A stretch of 64,000 nt of DNA, taken from Eutreptiella sp. 'Long Island Sound 2002' (taxonomy: Eukaryota; Protista; Euglenida). Positions 1-12,455 of this stretch are shown here, one piece after another; position 1 is the stretch's first letter, and each line of letters starts with the position of its first letter. Under the pieces are notes generated by a model. That model had not been told where the DNA came from and searched no databases. It saw only the letters and a list, made by a program, of their open reading frames with translations. The position numbers were made by a program, and so were the translations under genes. The stretch is from NCBI GenBank assembly GCA_964036045.1, contig OZ038378.1, forward strand, positions 170,314,001 through 170,378,000, in the 5' to 3' direction.

Positions 1-507
1 CGTGCCAAGATGATCGAGAAAATGATTTGCAGTCGTTTTTGATTCTGTAGGAATCGGGCCCGTGTGTTTACAGCGCGCATTTCTTTGCGTGGCACACCAG
101 GTGTACCTTGGCAACATGGGATGTAACAAGTGTATTGAATGGTGGTTTTGCTACCCAGGATGAATGGTTTTGGTTTGCACCAGGTGGTTGGCATTGGTCT
201 CTCAAAAAGGATTGCAAGGCGTCACTGTACAACATTCCAGAGATGGCTGCGAGAGAACCATCGCATCTGCCCCGCTGATCCAATCTGTGTCAGAATGATT
301 GTTGTCCTCATGCGGTGCGCAGAGGTGTCAATCGATGATGACTGAAGGTGGTGCACAGGATTGCAATGTTTCTGCCCCAATCAATCAGCCATTATCTTTC
401 TACACTTTGCACCAAATGAAGTGTAATGAACCATTGCTCTTGGTGTCAGGCATTGGGTTTTAGTACTTTCCGGATTCAGAGCCATGCATCAAGCTTGAAG
501 GTGTTTT

Positions 508-626
508 CCTGTACAATGTTTGCGTGCGGCTGTGGCACCAAGTGGGGCAGTATTAGATCCAACCCTCCTGTACAATGTTTGCGTGTGGCTGTCACACCAA
601 GTGGGGCAGTATTAGATCCCAAACTC
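508..626. repeat. 59-bp direct tandem duplication (2 copies)
   Basis: cctgtacaatgtttgcgtg...caccaagtggggcagtattagatcc occurs at 508 and again at 567 with few mismatches. Confidence 0.9.
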
Positions 627-699
627 CTCAAGTGCACTGTTGATGAGCCCAGACAGCATTTAAGCAGCATTTAGTTGCTGAGTGCAGGTAGTGGAGTTT

Positions 700-960
700 T
701 TAGGGGGTATGTGTGGCGCAGTTTCCATGCTTGACCACAGTGTGATACAAGTGCCTGTTGGTGGAATACACCCAGGCTGTATTGGGTGAGCATCTTGGTG
801 TCTGTATTGGCACACTTGATGAAGTAAGAACATTCAAAAAGGTAGGCTGGTTGAGTCCGCCCAAGCGCTGAAACTCCAAACACATGCCTTTGGAGCATGG
901 AATCCTGTATTGGGCCTGGTTCCAGGACAGGAGGGTTTTGTTCTTGTCAAACTTCAAGAC
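700..960 (-). mobile_element. Possible decayed non-LTR retrotransposon ORF2 C-terminal fragment
   Basis: Minus-frame peptide MCLEFQRLGGLNQPTFLNVL resembles the post-RT lclp..GGLg.p motif of LINE ORF2. The surrounding frames are broken by stops. Motif recognition only. Confidence 0.25.
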
Positions 961-1562
961 AGTTGGTGTCCAACAAGGGTGCGGGAAAACAACACACCCA
1001 CAGCTCCTGTGCTCATGGAATGTGGCATCTTTTCAAATGTTATGCGAAAATCATGTTATATTATGCGAAAATATGGAACTGGGAAAATGTCATAGAATAA
1101 CATAGTACTTGTTTTGATTCAATAGGACCCAACAAGTAATGGGTACTGGTATTACAAAAAAAAACCACTTCCAAGATTTAAGGTTCTGGGCGGGCATTGA
1201 AAAGTGAATGTGTGTGAGGTTTTGAGAGGAGACAGCTTTGTCTATGGGCCGCCGCCCCTACACCGGCCAATCTATTTTAGGAGGCAACAAGGAAGTGCAG
1301 AGAAAATAAGCTTGTAACACGGAAGTTTGAAACAATCAAACTCAGGTTTCGCAGAGTCTGTTCTTTTGTACGTAGTTTGTTATTTTGTTAAAACATGGCA
1401 GCGGGTTTCACGTGTTCCCGTCGATTTACTTGCATGGACTATTTCTTGGGTGATACACATGCGCGGTGCTCTCTTTCAAGGCTGCTATTCAACGGAATGG
1501 GGACAACTTTCAGCACAGCAGGAAGAGTTTGCAGCCCTAGTGAAGTTTTCAGACACCCTAGA

Positions 1563-2009
1563 GGACCTGTTGGAGGCGACAACATGCCACTGTGCGCTGC
1601 AGAGGATGTGGCCGGTACCGAGCTCCTAGGGGCCGGGTCGACTCCGCAGCTGGGCAGTCTGCTGCAGATTGCCCAGCTTGTGAAACAGGTTTAGGCTTCG
1701 GGGGCTACGCTGGAGATGATCACGAAGAAGTTGGATGAGGTCCGCGTAAAGGAGGGTGCCGAGGATGACAAAGCAGAATGCGAAAAGATATCCGCGTTGC
1801 TGTCTAAGCCATAGTGGGTGATCAAGGCTCCGGAGGTTTTGCATAGCACTCTGATGGGGGTCCCATTTATCACAGTGGAGGTCCAATGCACCAGGAAATG
1901 GACTACGGCGAAGCAGGGCTCAATCGCGGTACCCGAAGGGGTTTTGGGCGATGTTCCATCCTGCAGGGCGCCCCGGCAAATTTGCAGGAAAAGTCTGTCT
2001 CCAGGGTGA
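1563..2009 (+). pseudogene. Decayed ORF of unknown (possibly retroelement) origin
   Basis: One frame reads as protein (STPQLGSLLQIAQLVKQV*ASGATLEMITKKLDEVRVKEGAEDDKAECEKISALLSKP*WVIKAPEVLH...) through two TAG stops at 1692 and 1812. Confidence 0.3.
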
Positions 2010-3392
2010 GATGGTGTGCCGTGTGCAAGCAATGGGCAGCAATTTCGAGCTCCGTAACAACACGTTGTTGTACAAGCAGAAGTCCGGAGAAAAAGTAGAC
2101 ATGACAGAGCCACCAGCACCATTTTGCAAGCCCGGTTGTGAAAACGGTCAGAGTAAAACACCGCCCGCCTGTGGCCTGTGCACGATTCGAGTGATGGAGT
2201 CATGGCATCGATTGGGGGTACGCAAGGCTGTTGGTGGGCACAGAAGGCACGGCAGATGAAGTGCACGCAGAGACGGTTACCCAAGAGTCCGGTGTACAGC
2301 CATGGAATGATGTCGTAAGACGGTGTTGTAGGATCAAACGGGCGAGTCGAGACGAAGACTTCGATGCGCAGTTGAGAGCATCATGGGAGCCATCTTCAAC
2401 GAACATGCTCGCAACACACCTCAAGGCCAGTGCACGCTTACAAAGGGATGAGCATGTCAAAAACTGATCCCACCTCCGAGCTGTGACACTCTAGATCATT
2501 GGGGTTCTCAAGACTTCATCCCAACCATTCAAGAAGACCCGACCTTTCCTATCACCTATACTGACCGTTTACATAGCCCACACAAATCAAACCTCCATTC
2601 CGGATCCGCAGCGGTTATCTCCACACCATACACAACGGCAGCCATCATTGCCACCTGCCCCATCAAAGGCTCGTACCCAGCCGATATACAAGGGGGACAA
2701 CAATTTTAGACCACTTTAATTCTAGACACCAAAATTTCGGACCCGCTTTCGGGCCTAAATTTCGGGTGCAAAACCAGTCTCCCTCTGCCTACATTATAGG
2801 GGGCCATAATAAAGGGGATGTTAAAATCAGCGCGGAAATTGACGTCGAGTGACTTTACAAAAAAAAAAACTAAAGGGTATTGCATTGTAATGCCAAAGGT
2901 GGTGCATTTCAAAACATTTTGGCAAAGAAGAAGGAAACATTGCAAATAGGTTTGGGAAGTAGCGAACATTTTCTAAAAAAGGTGAAAAGTATTGAAAAAA
3001 TTTGGTAATTTCAAAGTATTTGGTAATATTTTTTTGTTCAAAACTGAGCTAAGAGCATTCTGATGTCTTCTCAACAAAGAAGCCTAGTATGAAGTTTTGG
3101 TGACAAAACTAGCAGCTTGAGGGCTACCCGGTATGAAATTTTGGTGCTGAAACGGGAAAAAATGGCAAGGTGCCTGGATTTAAAGCGAATGAAATTGTTG
3201 CCTCCCCTGTATAAAACATTCTAATCTTCACTAAATTCTCCATCCCTTCCCTACCGCAGCCAATCATCATACCTACCAACAAGCTCACCACATGATCAAC
3301 CCTGAACTACATTGCTCCCAAAAACCTTTTCTCCAACCTCATCCAATTTTCTTGTGGTACTTTTTCATTTGGCAAGCACTGAACGATCAAAA

Positions 3393-4691
3393 TCAAAACT
3401 TTGTCTGGTTCAAAGGGCGCGTCAGCATCACCGGGAACGAGATGGCCAACTCTTTCGCCGAATGGGTTTCAATCAAGTGAAGTGGAGAAGACAAGGGACC
3501 AGAGTGCGCCATCAAACACACACCAGGGTTGTGAAACAAATCAGCAGTGGTGTCATGACCAACCGCCGAGAAAACCTCACGCATGCCAGCCCCACCAGAC
3601 TTGTTCTTAGCGGTTGGCACGGCACGTGAAGACCCTTCCTCTTCCGTCGACGCCTCTTGTGCCATCAGGGTCGAAGCTGACGTCGTCTTCTCAGGACAAT
3701 CACGTTGAACATGCCCACGCTTCCCGCACTTCCAGCAGGTAACCCGGGACCCACTCTGCGCGCTAACCTTATTTCCGGTTGGTGTTTTGTTGTTCCCCCG
3801 TCGCTGCGCCTCAGCCCCAAACATGCAATCGATTGGTCTCGACGTCGACGCGCCTGGAAAAAGCTGTCTAATAGCAACCAACACTTGCGAGAAAACCAAC
3901 GACCGACCTGTGCTCGCGACAACCATCGCCCGCCGATCCGCATTCAGGTTGGAGTTCAGCAAAGCCAACGTCCCCGAAAATCGCTCATCCAAGACAATGC
4001 CAAAATTCGCAAGACGATAGACCAGCGTATCCAGTCGATTAATCCAGGTAAGCATGTCACTTTCACCCCGCTTACACTCCAACAGTCCAACAACTGCGTG
4101 AAGTATATTGTCTGCAGTATCTCCACCGTACACCCACTCTAGTATCCCAAGCAGTCCTTGAAAGCCTTGATCAGTACGAAGCGCGTCCAGTGGCATCTTC
4201 GCAGCGACAACGCGCGCCGCACGTCCTCGTAGCTTCGTGAAAACCTGAACATTGCGTGTCGACACTGCAAGCGTACTCTTTGCATGCCACGCGACGACCT
4301 GTACGCGCCACGCGTGAAACTCGTGTAAACCAAGCTTGCTGTCCACTGCCTCGTCTTCAGAACCAAACGTCGGACAGTCGAGTCGCGAAGGAGATCCAGA
4401 AGACATCGGAGTGGGTAATGTATTCAAGCGATGCAGTAAGTGGACGTTGTCTAGTTGAACTCGTTGCTGCTCAGCCTGCAGAGAAAGCACCTGTGCGTCG
4501 AATGCTTGCTTCATGTCATGTAGAACTTGATTTTGCTGAAACAACTGTCTTTGCAAGGTGCCCATAGATGTGTTCAAATCAACCGGCGCAATACCAGTCA
4601 CACCATCAGGAGGATACAACAGAGTGTGGCCAGAAGGCCCTGCCCCAGGAGTATAAGTAGGATCCAGATCATCCAAGGTAAGTCCAGCCAT
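3393..4691 (-). CDS. Ty1/copia-like Gag protein (432 aa) with CCHC zinc knuckle; no pol follows
   Basis: Intact intronless 432-aa ORF. Zinc knuckle CWKCGKRGHVQRDC. Capsid-like helical region (DMLTWINRLDTLVYRLANFGIVLDERFSGTLALLNSNL) typical of copia gag. No D(S/T)G protease motif downstream. Confidence 0.8.
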   Translation of the reverse strand: MAGLTLDDLDPTYTPGAGPSGHTLLYPPDGVTGIAPVDLNTSMGTLQRQLFQQNQVLHDMKQAFDAQVLSLQAEQQRVQLDNVHLLHRLNTLPTPMSSGSPSRLDCPTFGSEDEAVDSKLGLHEFHAWRVQVVAWHAKSTLAVSTRNVQVFTKLRGRAARVVAAKMPLDALRTDQGFQGLLGILEWVYGGDTADNILHAVVGLLECKRGESDMLTWINRLDTLVYRLANFGIVLDERFSGTLALLNSNLNADRRAMVVASTGRSLVFSQVLVAIRQLFPGASTSRPIDCMFGAEAQRRGNNKTPTGNKVSAQSGSRVTCWKCGKRGHVQRDCPEKTTSASTLMAQEASTEEEGSSRAVPTAKNKSGGAGMREVFSAVGHDTTADLFHNPGVCLMAHSGPLSSPLHLIETHSAKELAISFPVMLTRPLNQTKF

Positions 4692-4889
4692 GGAATAGTG
4701 ATGCTACCAGTGTTTAAATTTCCCTTGGCTCTTTTCAATAGCAAACAATGCAGTGAATTCCAGGAATGATCTCTCACTTGAGTAGTGACAATTCAATGTG
4801 TCAACAAAACACCAACCTAAAAGGTTGCAAGAAGAATGGTACAAAAGCCTTGTTGAACCTTACACATTGATATAAAAACATTTGTAAAT

Positions 4890-5800
4890 CATGCAAAAGC
4901 TCATTTTATATCAATGTCATAGATTAGGAACATCCCATCCTGAAATGGATTTATCGCTTTTAGGAAAATTGCATGGATGGCATCCGGGAATCGAACCTAG
5001 GATTTTGCAATGTAAATCCCATGTTCCGCCAATTATGATAACACATCCGGCTGATAAATTTTCATCTCAATTAATTATAGATCAACAGACAAGATCGTCT
5101 GAACTCAGAAAACACCAACATTCGAACTCTTACCCACCACAAGCTCCACATCATTTTAAGTTTCACGATCATTCTATGCAAAATCTTCGACACAAAATTA
5201 TCCATTTTCCTACTCAACATTCACACGACAACATTCACATCTTACTCAGCAACGATGATTTTTGAAACACATCGTGGTTGTCCGTCTTTTTTTCAAACGG
5301 GCTAATAGACTTTTCTCTTGCAAAGGGTACAAGCTTGACTGTAATCTACATGACATCATCTGTCCTACTTGCTCGAAGCCACACCCGCTCGACTCCTTCT
5401 TCCATCTCACATTTTGCTCTACAACTCACTACCTCCGTACCATCTTCATGAACACCTAGCCCTAGCCTTTCAGACACATAATCTGCGATTGGCTTCTTAC
5501 ATCATTCAAAGGAGACACAAGGAATTTCTTCAAAGTACTCAGCTCCAACCTTTTAGAACGCTCTCCGCTCTCATCTACCCGACCACACGTACTGCAATCA
5601 TATCAAAAACCTTCAAAGAGCACTGCAAACTCGACACAAACCTTTATAGAAAACACTCGAAAAAATTAGAGACCGGTTATTTGCAGCCACTGTCCCCGGA
5701 CAGCCACAATTTCACCCCAGCCTCTCACCCCACCATTTCTTCAAACACCCCGGTCAATCTCACCTTCTCAACACAAAACTCTACTCGCGAAGAAAAGCTT
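4890..5800 (+). mobile_element. Decayed non-LTR retrotransposon 3' portion
   Basis: Fragmented AT-rich ORFs. ICPTCSKPHPLDSFFHLTFCS (about 5345-5410) has the Cx2C..H..C pattern of the C-terminal zinc finger of LINE ORF2. Confidence 0.35.
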
Positions 5801-7088
5801 AGTGACAAATGAGAAAGAGTGGGGGCGTGGAAGGGGGCTTATGCAAATTAGGTTCGCGAATAAGAACCGATGCGTTGTTTTATGCGTTTCCTGGCTGATC
5901 TGGCACATAAAATATTTTGAAAGCAACATACAGGGAGTATGTTTCAGCAATGACTGCCAGGCTCAACTCACAAGCTCAAGTCAAAGGCACAGGGAGAGAA
6001 ATTGCTGCCATGAAAACTAATTGAAACCAATTGATTGGAATGGTTGCAAATTTTTGCCGTTCTTTTCGGCAATACATTTTGTACAACTTCTGCACTAAAA
6101 CTAGGCTTTTGTAGAAGTAGACAAAGGACGATGGTGAAAGACAACTTTAAAGGTGTCTTTTACCACTGCTCTGCGATTTGTATGTGCTCTCTTCGGAGGG
6201 ATGGCAACATTGTTGTTAGCGAAGAGCAATTGAAAGGGAAAACCGGCTTTTTTGTAAAAATAATCGTTAAAACCCGGATTTTTTTAAAACTAACGGGTTT
6301 CAAACCTTAGATTGAGCAGCGCTGATACGGATGTTTGTCGGTGGATGCTGAAGTGCAGTTTTCTGTCCACAACGAGTCTTCTGTCCACCGTTCTCACAAT
6401 CGAATCCCCACTCTATATTCATTTTCTTCTGAAGTAGTCCACTCTGCACCTGCAATATACATCGCCCCGCAGTGACTCGGCTCCGGGCATATCTTGACAG
6501 GGTCAACAGCTCTCAGTTTGCATTGTTTTTGCTTTTGCCCACACAGTGGGAGGGATGTCCGCTGTGGGTACTCAATGCGGTGTGCAACCGCCGGTCCTTT
6601 GTGTTCCACAAATCTGTCACCAGATGCATTATCTGTACAATTTTGCTCTGATCCCGGCCACCAAGCCCAATTATAGGAGCTTTTTTACTTTAGTACAGGT
6701 CTACTATTTTTAGGGTGAATTTGTACTTGTATGTTACCTTTCTCTTGGTTGGAATTATCAAACGTAGTAACGGCATCTAGTGCAAGCGCCAGTCCTGTGA
6801 GCTCACCAGAGCTCTCAGCACAATTTTTCACCTGGGCAACTTTGCTCTACTTCCATCCAAAATGCTTTGGATCTTGGTGTGCTGGACTTTATAGTGACTC
6901 GTCACGGTATCAGTGATGCATCATCTTTTTCTTTTCTTCGCAAAATCTCAGGCTGCCATGCTCATCGTTTTTACCAGCACATACATTATATATCCACACC
7001 GCTTCCCTCCGGCCGTTGCTGCCTACTTTCGCAGCACTTTGCACCCACGGGAGCCTCCTCTTTGGTGCCCCGACTAATGCACGATCCC

Positions 7089-7264
7089 TTTTTTGCACTG
7101 TGCATCCCCGCAATCCCCGGGGTGCTGGGGGAATCTTTTGTCAGAAATTGAAATTTCTTACATTTTTGAGAAATAAGTAAAAAGGTTGCAAAACTTGCAC
7201 TCTACAAATGATCTGAAATACCCCAGTGCCCCGGGGGTAACGCGGGGACACACAGTGCAAAAAA
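7089..7264. repeat. Imperfect inverted repeat (about 42-bp arms, 90-bp spacer), MITE/foldback-like
   Basis: tttttgcactgtgcatccccgcaatccccggggtgctgggg (7089-7130) is the imperfect reverse complement of ccccagtgccccgggggtaacgcggggacacacagtgcaaaaa (7221-7264). Confidence 0.75.
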
Positions 7265-7937
7265 AAAAATCTGAAATCCAGCTCTTGGAAACCAAAAAAA
7301 CTATCTTTTCAAAAAACGTGTCCTTCTCACACCTCTTGCATCCAAAACCTGCACCATGCCCTAGTCCTAACACCCAACCAAACACCCACATTGTGCTTGG
7401 AACATCCCTTCCATGGCAACACTAAAATCATTTGAATAACTTTAGTTAAAAAATTGCAAAAATATGCCTTGCCTTACCATCCCCACCCCTGTTCTCAAAC
7501 CCTCCCCAAACTTTGCCTGTGGACTGTCAACAACCACAACACCAACTGTACACCAACTTCCATCTGGTTAAGCCGCTTTGGTGCAATTCTTTGGGCGAAG
7601 ACTGCTATGCCTCAAAAATGTTTGCATCTGGATCTCCCTATCACTATCTCCAACCCTCTCCGCAACTTGGTCCCAGACCCTTTCCTAGTTCCAAATGTGA
7701 CCAGAAGCCTTTCTAAGATATCCCCTAAACTGGAACCCAAAATGGTGTCGCCTTACCTGCACCATCCTCAACCCTTTCCCACACTCTGTCCAAATCTCAT
7801 TCACTGTCACATGGCCTCACTCAACACTTGCCAAAAGTCCCATATTTCCCTGACCCGATTCCGAGATGGCAACAAGGAAAAAATCGGAACATTCGGAATG
7901 CCACAGTGGCTAGGACTCTGCATAATAATGCTTTTCT

Positions 7938-8118
7938 GTAGCACTACTTGTACACAATGGGCAACACTTCTGCCGTCCTGACAAAGAGTATCCGTTCACA
8001 CAAATTGTTTAATGTCTTGCTTGTGCAGTAGCACTACTTGTACACAATGGGCAACACTTCTGCCGTCCTGACAAAGAGCATCCGTTCACACAAATTGTTT
8101 AATGTCTTGTTTGTGCAG
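7938..8118. repeat. 90-bp direct tandem duplication (2 copies)
   Basis: gtagcactacttgtacacaatgggcaacacttctgccgtcctgacaaagag... at 7938 and 8028. Confidence 0.95.
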
Positions 8119-9110
8119 AGTCTTTATTCAGTGTGAAAATGTTTTCTAGAATCACCATCCAATGCTTCCTGAAAAAGAGGCGTTCTAATCTTCAAAAACA
8201 AAGTGAAAGCCATCTGGGAAATCCATCTCCATCAGCTGCCTGGAAGGACAAATACCGGCCATTGTAATTTCCGGCAAACAACATCTGTTTCTCTGCATGA
8301 AACAGGTGGCTCAATGAAATGCCTTGTTAGCGACACAACCTGGTACCAAAAGTGCACAAGGAATGAAACTGAAAGAGGATTTGTGCAAAAGGCAATGAAA
8401 AATGAACCAGACCGGAGAACCTATAGGCAACCTATGGATCTGACTTCAACTGGACTGCGTCCTGCTCACACAATGGCCGAGCCCATCTTTTTTGCAAAAC
8501 AAAGGCAAACCACATCGCATGGGCCATCCAGCGAAATGTTGACTCCGGGTGCGCCTGCTCCAATGCAGGCTGCACCCTCCCTGTAGGTGAAGATGAATAC
8601 AGAAAAGCGGCGGAATGACGCCCTTGAGTACCATGAACGCCTCTTTGGTGTCACTTCCGATCGCTCGTGCTGCTACAAGTGCACGCCACGTGCAACATGA
8701 CATGGGGCTTGGGTCATCCACTGAAGCAAGAATCGCTGGGTGGTGGTAGGAGTATGATAGCACTTGCGTCCAAAACGAAAAAAAAGCAAAGCTACTGTGA
8801 TCTCCAGGAAGTGACTCACCATCAAATCATTGATTGAGTGCAGCAAGCTGATGCACCCTACCGCTTGACACTGAAAATTACCTGAAGCGGAAGGGCGGGC
8901 GTCTCCCAGAGGAGTACCCAACGAGGCATTGAAGAATGGACGTGGTGCGAAAAAGTAGATTTGGGATCTTGATTGTTTGGTCCGCAACGCAGCCCAAACA
9001 CACTCTACGTCAACCTCGGAATGAAAAATTTGACGTTTAGCGAGGGGGCTCAAAGGGTGGGCTGGGCGACGGGGCTTGTCTGTGGATATATTGACCTCTG
9101 CACTCTGCAG

Positions 9111-9376
9111 ACACCAAACATGGAGATAACACGCACCGTTGCTTGGGCAATGCCATTGTTTCGACACGACCCCGCGATTTTCTTGCTCCTGGTACTGCAA
9201 AATCCAGGGCGGAAATTCCGCGTTCACAATACTTTTGAGATTTCTGGACTAAGCATAGAGATATATACACAGATGCACGCCCGAGCACAAGCAATGGGTG
9301 TACATGTTGAAGTTCTGGAGACAGACCAGATATGCGAGACCTGCCGCAAATGACAGGAGTCACACATGCAGGCACG

Positions 9377-9444
<68 letters not shown>

Positions 9445-10499
9445 ACCGCGCACTTGCTAGGACAAAAGAAGAGGTTTAGTGTTACGCAAGAGCATCAAGC
9501 GCGGCAGCAGTGGCACATGCACTGCAGGCAAAGCCTAGGCAGCATGAACTAGGCAGGAAACTACATATGAGAACGGCCCTGCAATAGACTTCCCTCGTTG
9601 ACCTTACCCATACCCCGTTACTGCAGGAATTCTATTCACTCGGACGCTGGATGCAGAGAACTGTGCTTTGAATGCTTGCGCATTCCCAATTTCAGAATGG
9701 TTGAGGACTGCTAGACTCCCCAGAATGCCTCTGGGTGCGCACGCACACACACAGGCACGAACATACGTCCGCAGATGGACACCTTGCCTGACACGCAAGA
9801 AGTTGCCACAATTGTGTTGTTTACAAACGCAATGTATCGTCGACAGCAGCACACGTTACAGCTTCAGATACCCCACAAATGGGATGGGCATCATATAGGG
9901 CAGTGGTTCCAGCAACGCATACTGGCAGAAGGCGTCACTGTAAGCCCGAGTGTTGCAGATCTGAAACCATGACAAGTGGATTAGTCTGAAACTTTCCATG
10001 CCCACAAGAGGGAGCTGGGGTGTTGTGTGGGTGAGGAATGGGTGGGGGGAGGTGAGGGTTCGGGGATTTATACACGTGCTTATGGGACTAGCTCACAGAG
10101 CGAGCGCCCTTTTTTTGCCTACCACTCATCTGGCGTTGTTCCTGCAATCTGAATCCACCAATCAATCAGTGGTCCGAGAGGCTCTGCTGGTTCGCTTCGC
10201 AGATTTTCGCTTCAGAAATGGAAACAAGCGAGAATCGCGGGTTTCGAGGTTTTCCGTGGCTCTGCGCCCACCATTCCTGGTGCTCTTGGCTCCATGGCAT
10301 GGTTGCTTCCCACTTGATCGCCTCGGCAGTGACTTTGGACTTGAAACAGGATCGAACTGAAGAGAACAGTGTCAATGGCACGGCGGTAAACATGGATGAC
10401 CACTCGGAGAAAAGGTTGAAGTTGGTGTCTGTCCCCGTCTTCTCTCTGACTTGCCCTACCACTCGATCCCTTCAGAACACCATTGTGCACACAATCTGA
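9111..10499 (+). CDS. Candidate spliced hypothetical protein (partial; exons 9111-9299, 9775-9939, about 10203-10499)
   Basis: Three phase-0 open exons with plausible sites (ctctgcag| ... |gtacat; ccgcag| ... |gtaagc; ttcgcag|) and protein-like composition. No recognisable family, and the start is not found. Confidence 0.3.
9387..9444. repeat. (CA)n microsatellite
   Basis: Direct reading. Confidence 0.98.
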
Positions 10500-11432
10500 T
10501 CGGCGTCCAGCAGGGCACCCACCTCTTCTTTGAGGCCCACGTCATGAAAATCTGCATCCCCCCCCCCCCCCCAAAGGTGGGTGGCATCTTTGCGACAACG
10601 AGCCCTGAATTGATCTGTTTGCGCGGCCATCGGAGCGTGTTGTGTTGTGTTGAACGCGTCGTGCAACTGCCCTGACATGTCCAACAACACACGCGTCAGG
10701 TGCCGATTTGCCAGTCATAGACTTGTCAAACGATGGGCTAACACTGATTTTGAAGAGAGTAGCCTCCAGAAACCCAGCTCCGGGAGCTGGATACATGTTG
10801 GGGCATTGGATGGAAGGACCGTGTGTGACAAAAAAAGACAGAGCCGGAAAATGCAAACCCATCGCGGATGCCTCGTTTTACCGCGGCACGCTTCGGCGGG
10901 AATCGTGCAGACTGATGGTTCTCAACTGCCTCAAAGTTGTGGGATATTCTCAGCTGTGGGCTGGCAAGGGGGGCAGAATTTTGTTATGTCGTGTTGCAGA
11001 GCTCACCACCCCTCCCCGCCCCGGCCCCTGTGGCACCCCTGAAGAGGTAGTCCTGTGACGAGGGCAATTGGGGGAAGGGGCGGGTAGCACCGATCGATGT
11101 CGTCATCGCAGAAGAAATGCGCCTCAGGGCGTCAGGAAGCTTGTGTTTACTTAGTTCCTCCCAGTTATCCAGGCCGGGGCAGTTTCAGGCATTGTGCCCG
11201 TAGTGTAGCCGGTGGTGTGCATGTGGGGTAAAGGGGTTCGGCCCTGCTTTTTGCCACGCCGCCCTTGGATGCGAGACGTGCTCATATATTCGTGGCGTGT
11301 AATCCTGGGGGTGCCAGTGTAGGTGAGCCCTTACTTCTCCAGGCGGCATACAGCACACAAAGGCGTGAGGATGGCCACTCTGGGTACAGCCTGTGCCAGC
11401 AGTTTTGAGGCAGCTTTTACCAAAATTAACCA

Positions 11433-12455
11433 ATGGAGGCTGAGACAACTGTGAAAGCAGTATCAATACGCGGATCCCACGTTTGTTTGCCACTGTGGGT
11501 GACTGAGGGTGCAGGCTCTCCATGCCCGGCTTAAGTGACGGCTTCGGGCCCTGCACCTGAGCACGCCTGCCGCAGCCCCTGCCTCATACGGGCACGCATG
11601 CGCGTGTCTGTGCACATGCGCCTGTCCGCCCCTCTGCTCTCTGCTGCCGACAGCCCACTGTCACACACTTACAGTGGATCCCTGGGACTGCATACCCCTG
11701 GGCCGTGGCTGTCTGATATCAACAGAAACGGAAGAACCTCGGGATAGTTTTTCCCAACGCCGTTTGCCCCCCTTCCCTCGCCCCGCTTCATCCGCCTTGG
11801 GGATGGGGGTGGGAGTGGGGCGGGGGACACAATTGTGGTCGGTCCCTGATGATGGACCTCCCTGCCTGAACACTTCCACCCGAGGTTCAATGTTTTCAGG
11901 GCAAAACATTGTCACGTACGACTGCTGTACTGCAACATCCAAGAAGAGTATGTACCATTATGTACCAGTGAAAACTCTCCCAGAAATTTGTGTGGATGGG
12001 TATTTGCTACCACTCCTTCTCACTGCACGTGAGTTCCCTGAACACGGACCTCCTCACTCTCCGGCTTTTCTTTTGTTCCTTTCTTTATCATTCTTTTTCC
12101 AAAACAAAAACTCTTCCAGACAAAAGAGGAACAATGGAAGGAAAATGGGATATAATGGAGGAAAATGGGGGGAAATGGGGAATGCACGATGGAATATGTA
12201 TGAAAGTGTTCCAAGATGAAAAATAAAATGGAGACGTAGGGGAGGAAAATGGGAGGACAATGGTAGAAATATGGGACATTTTGAGACACCTTTCCCATTC
12301 TTCCTACTCCCGTTTTCCTCGTTTCCGCAGCGGCCCGGCAGCTTCCCTTACGGTTCCCACTAAAAAGCTGGTCTCCAGAGTCTCTGGACGGAAAACTGGG
12401 GGAAATCAGCGCTCCCCAGAGTCTCCGGGAATCCGGGGACCTCGGAGCACTGTGA
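11433..12455 (+). pseudogene. 5'-truncated copy of the tandem-unit gene
   Basis: Begins mid exon A (MEAETT...), with an in-frame TAA at 11427 in the unrelated left flank. Exons B-D are intact to TGA at 12455. Confidence 0.4.

Noticed and set aside
3200-4812. LTR pair around the gag ORF
   Set aside because: A purine-rich tract and TGTTTT starts exist on both sides, but the flanking sequences do not match beyond 6 nt.
4974-5048. tRNA-like stretch on the minus strand (GGTTCGATTCCCGG B-box, TGG D-loop-like motif)
   Set aside because: The anticodon loop is 8 nt, there are extra bases before the acceptor strand and the stems are mismatched. No isotype can be assigned, so it is at most a very old relic.
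12088-12298. Repeated hydrophobic ORFs in each tandem unit
   Set aside because: They come from purine/pyrimidine-biased low-complexity sequence inside the predicted third intron.
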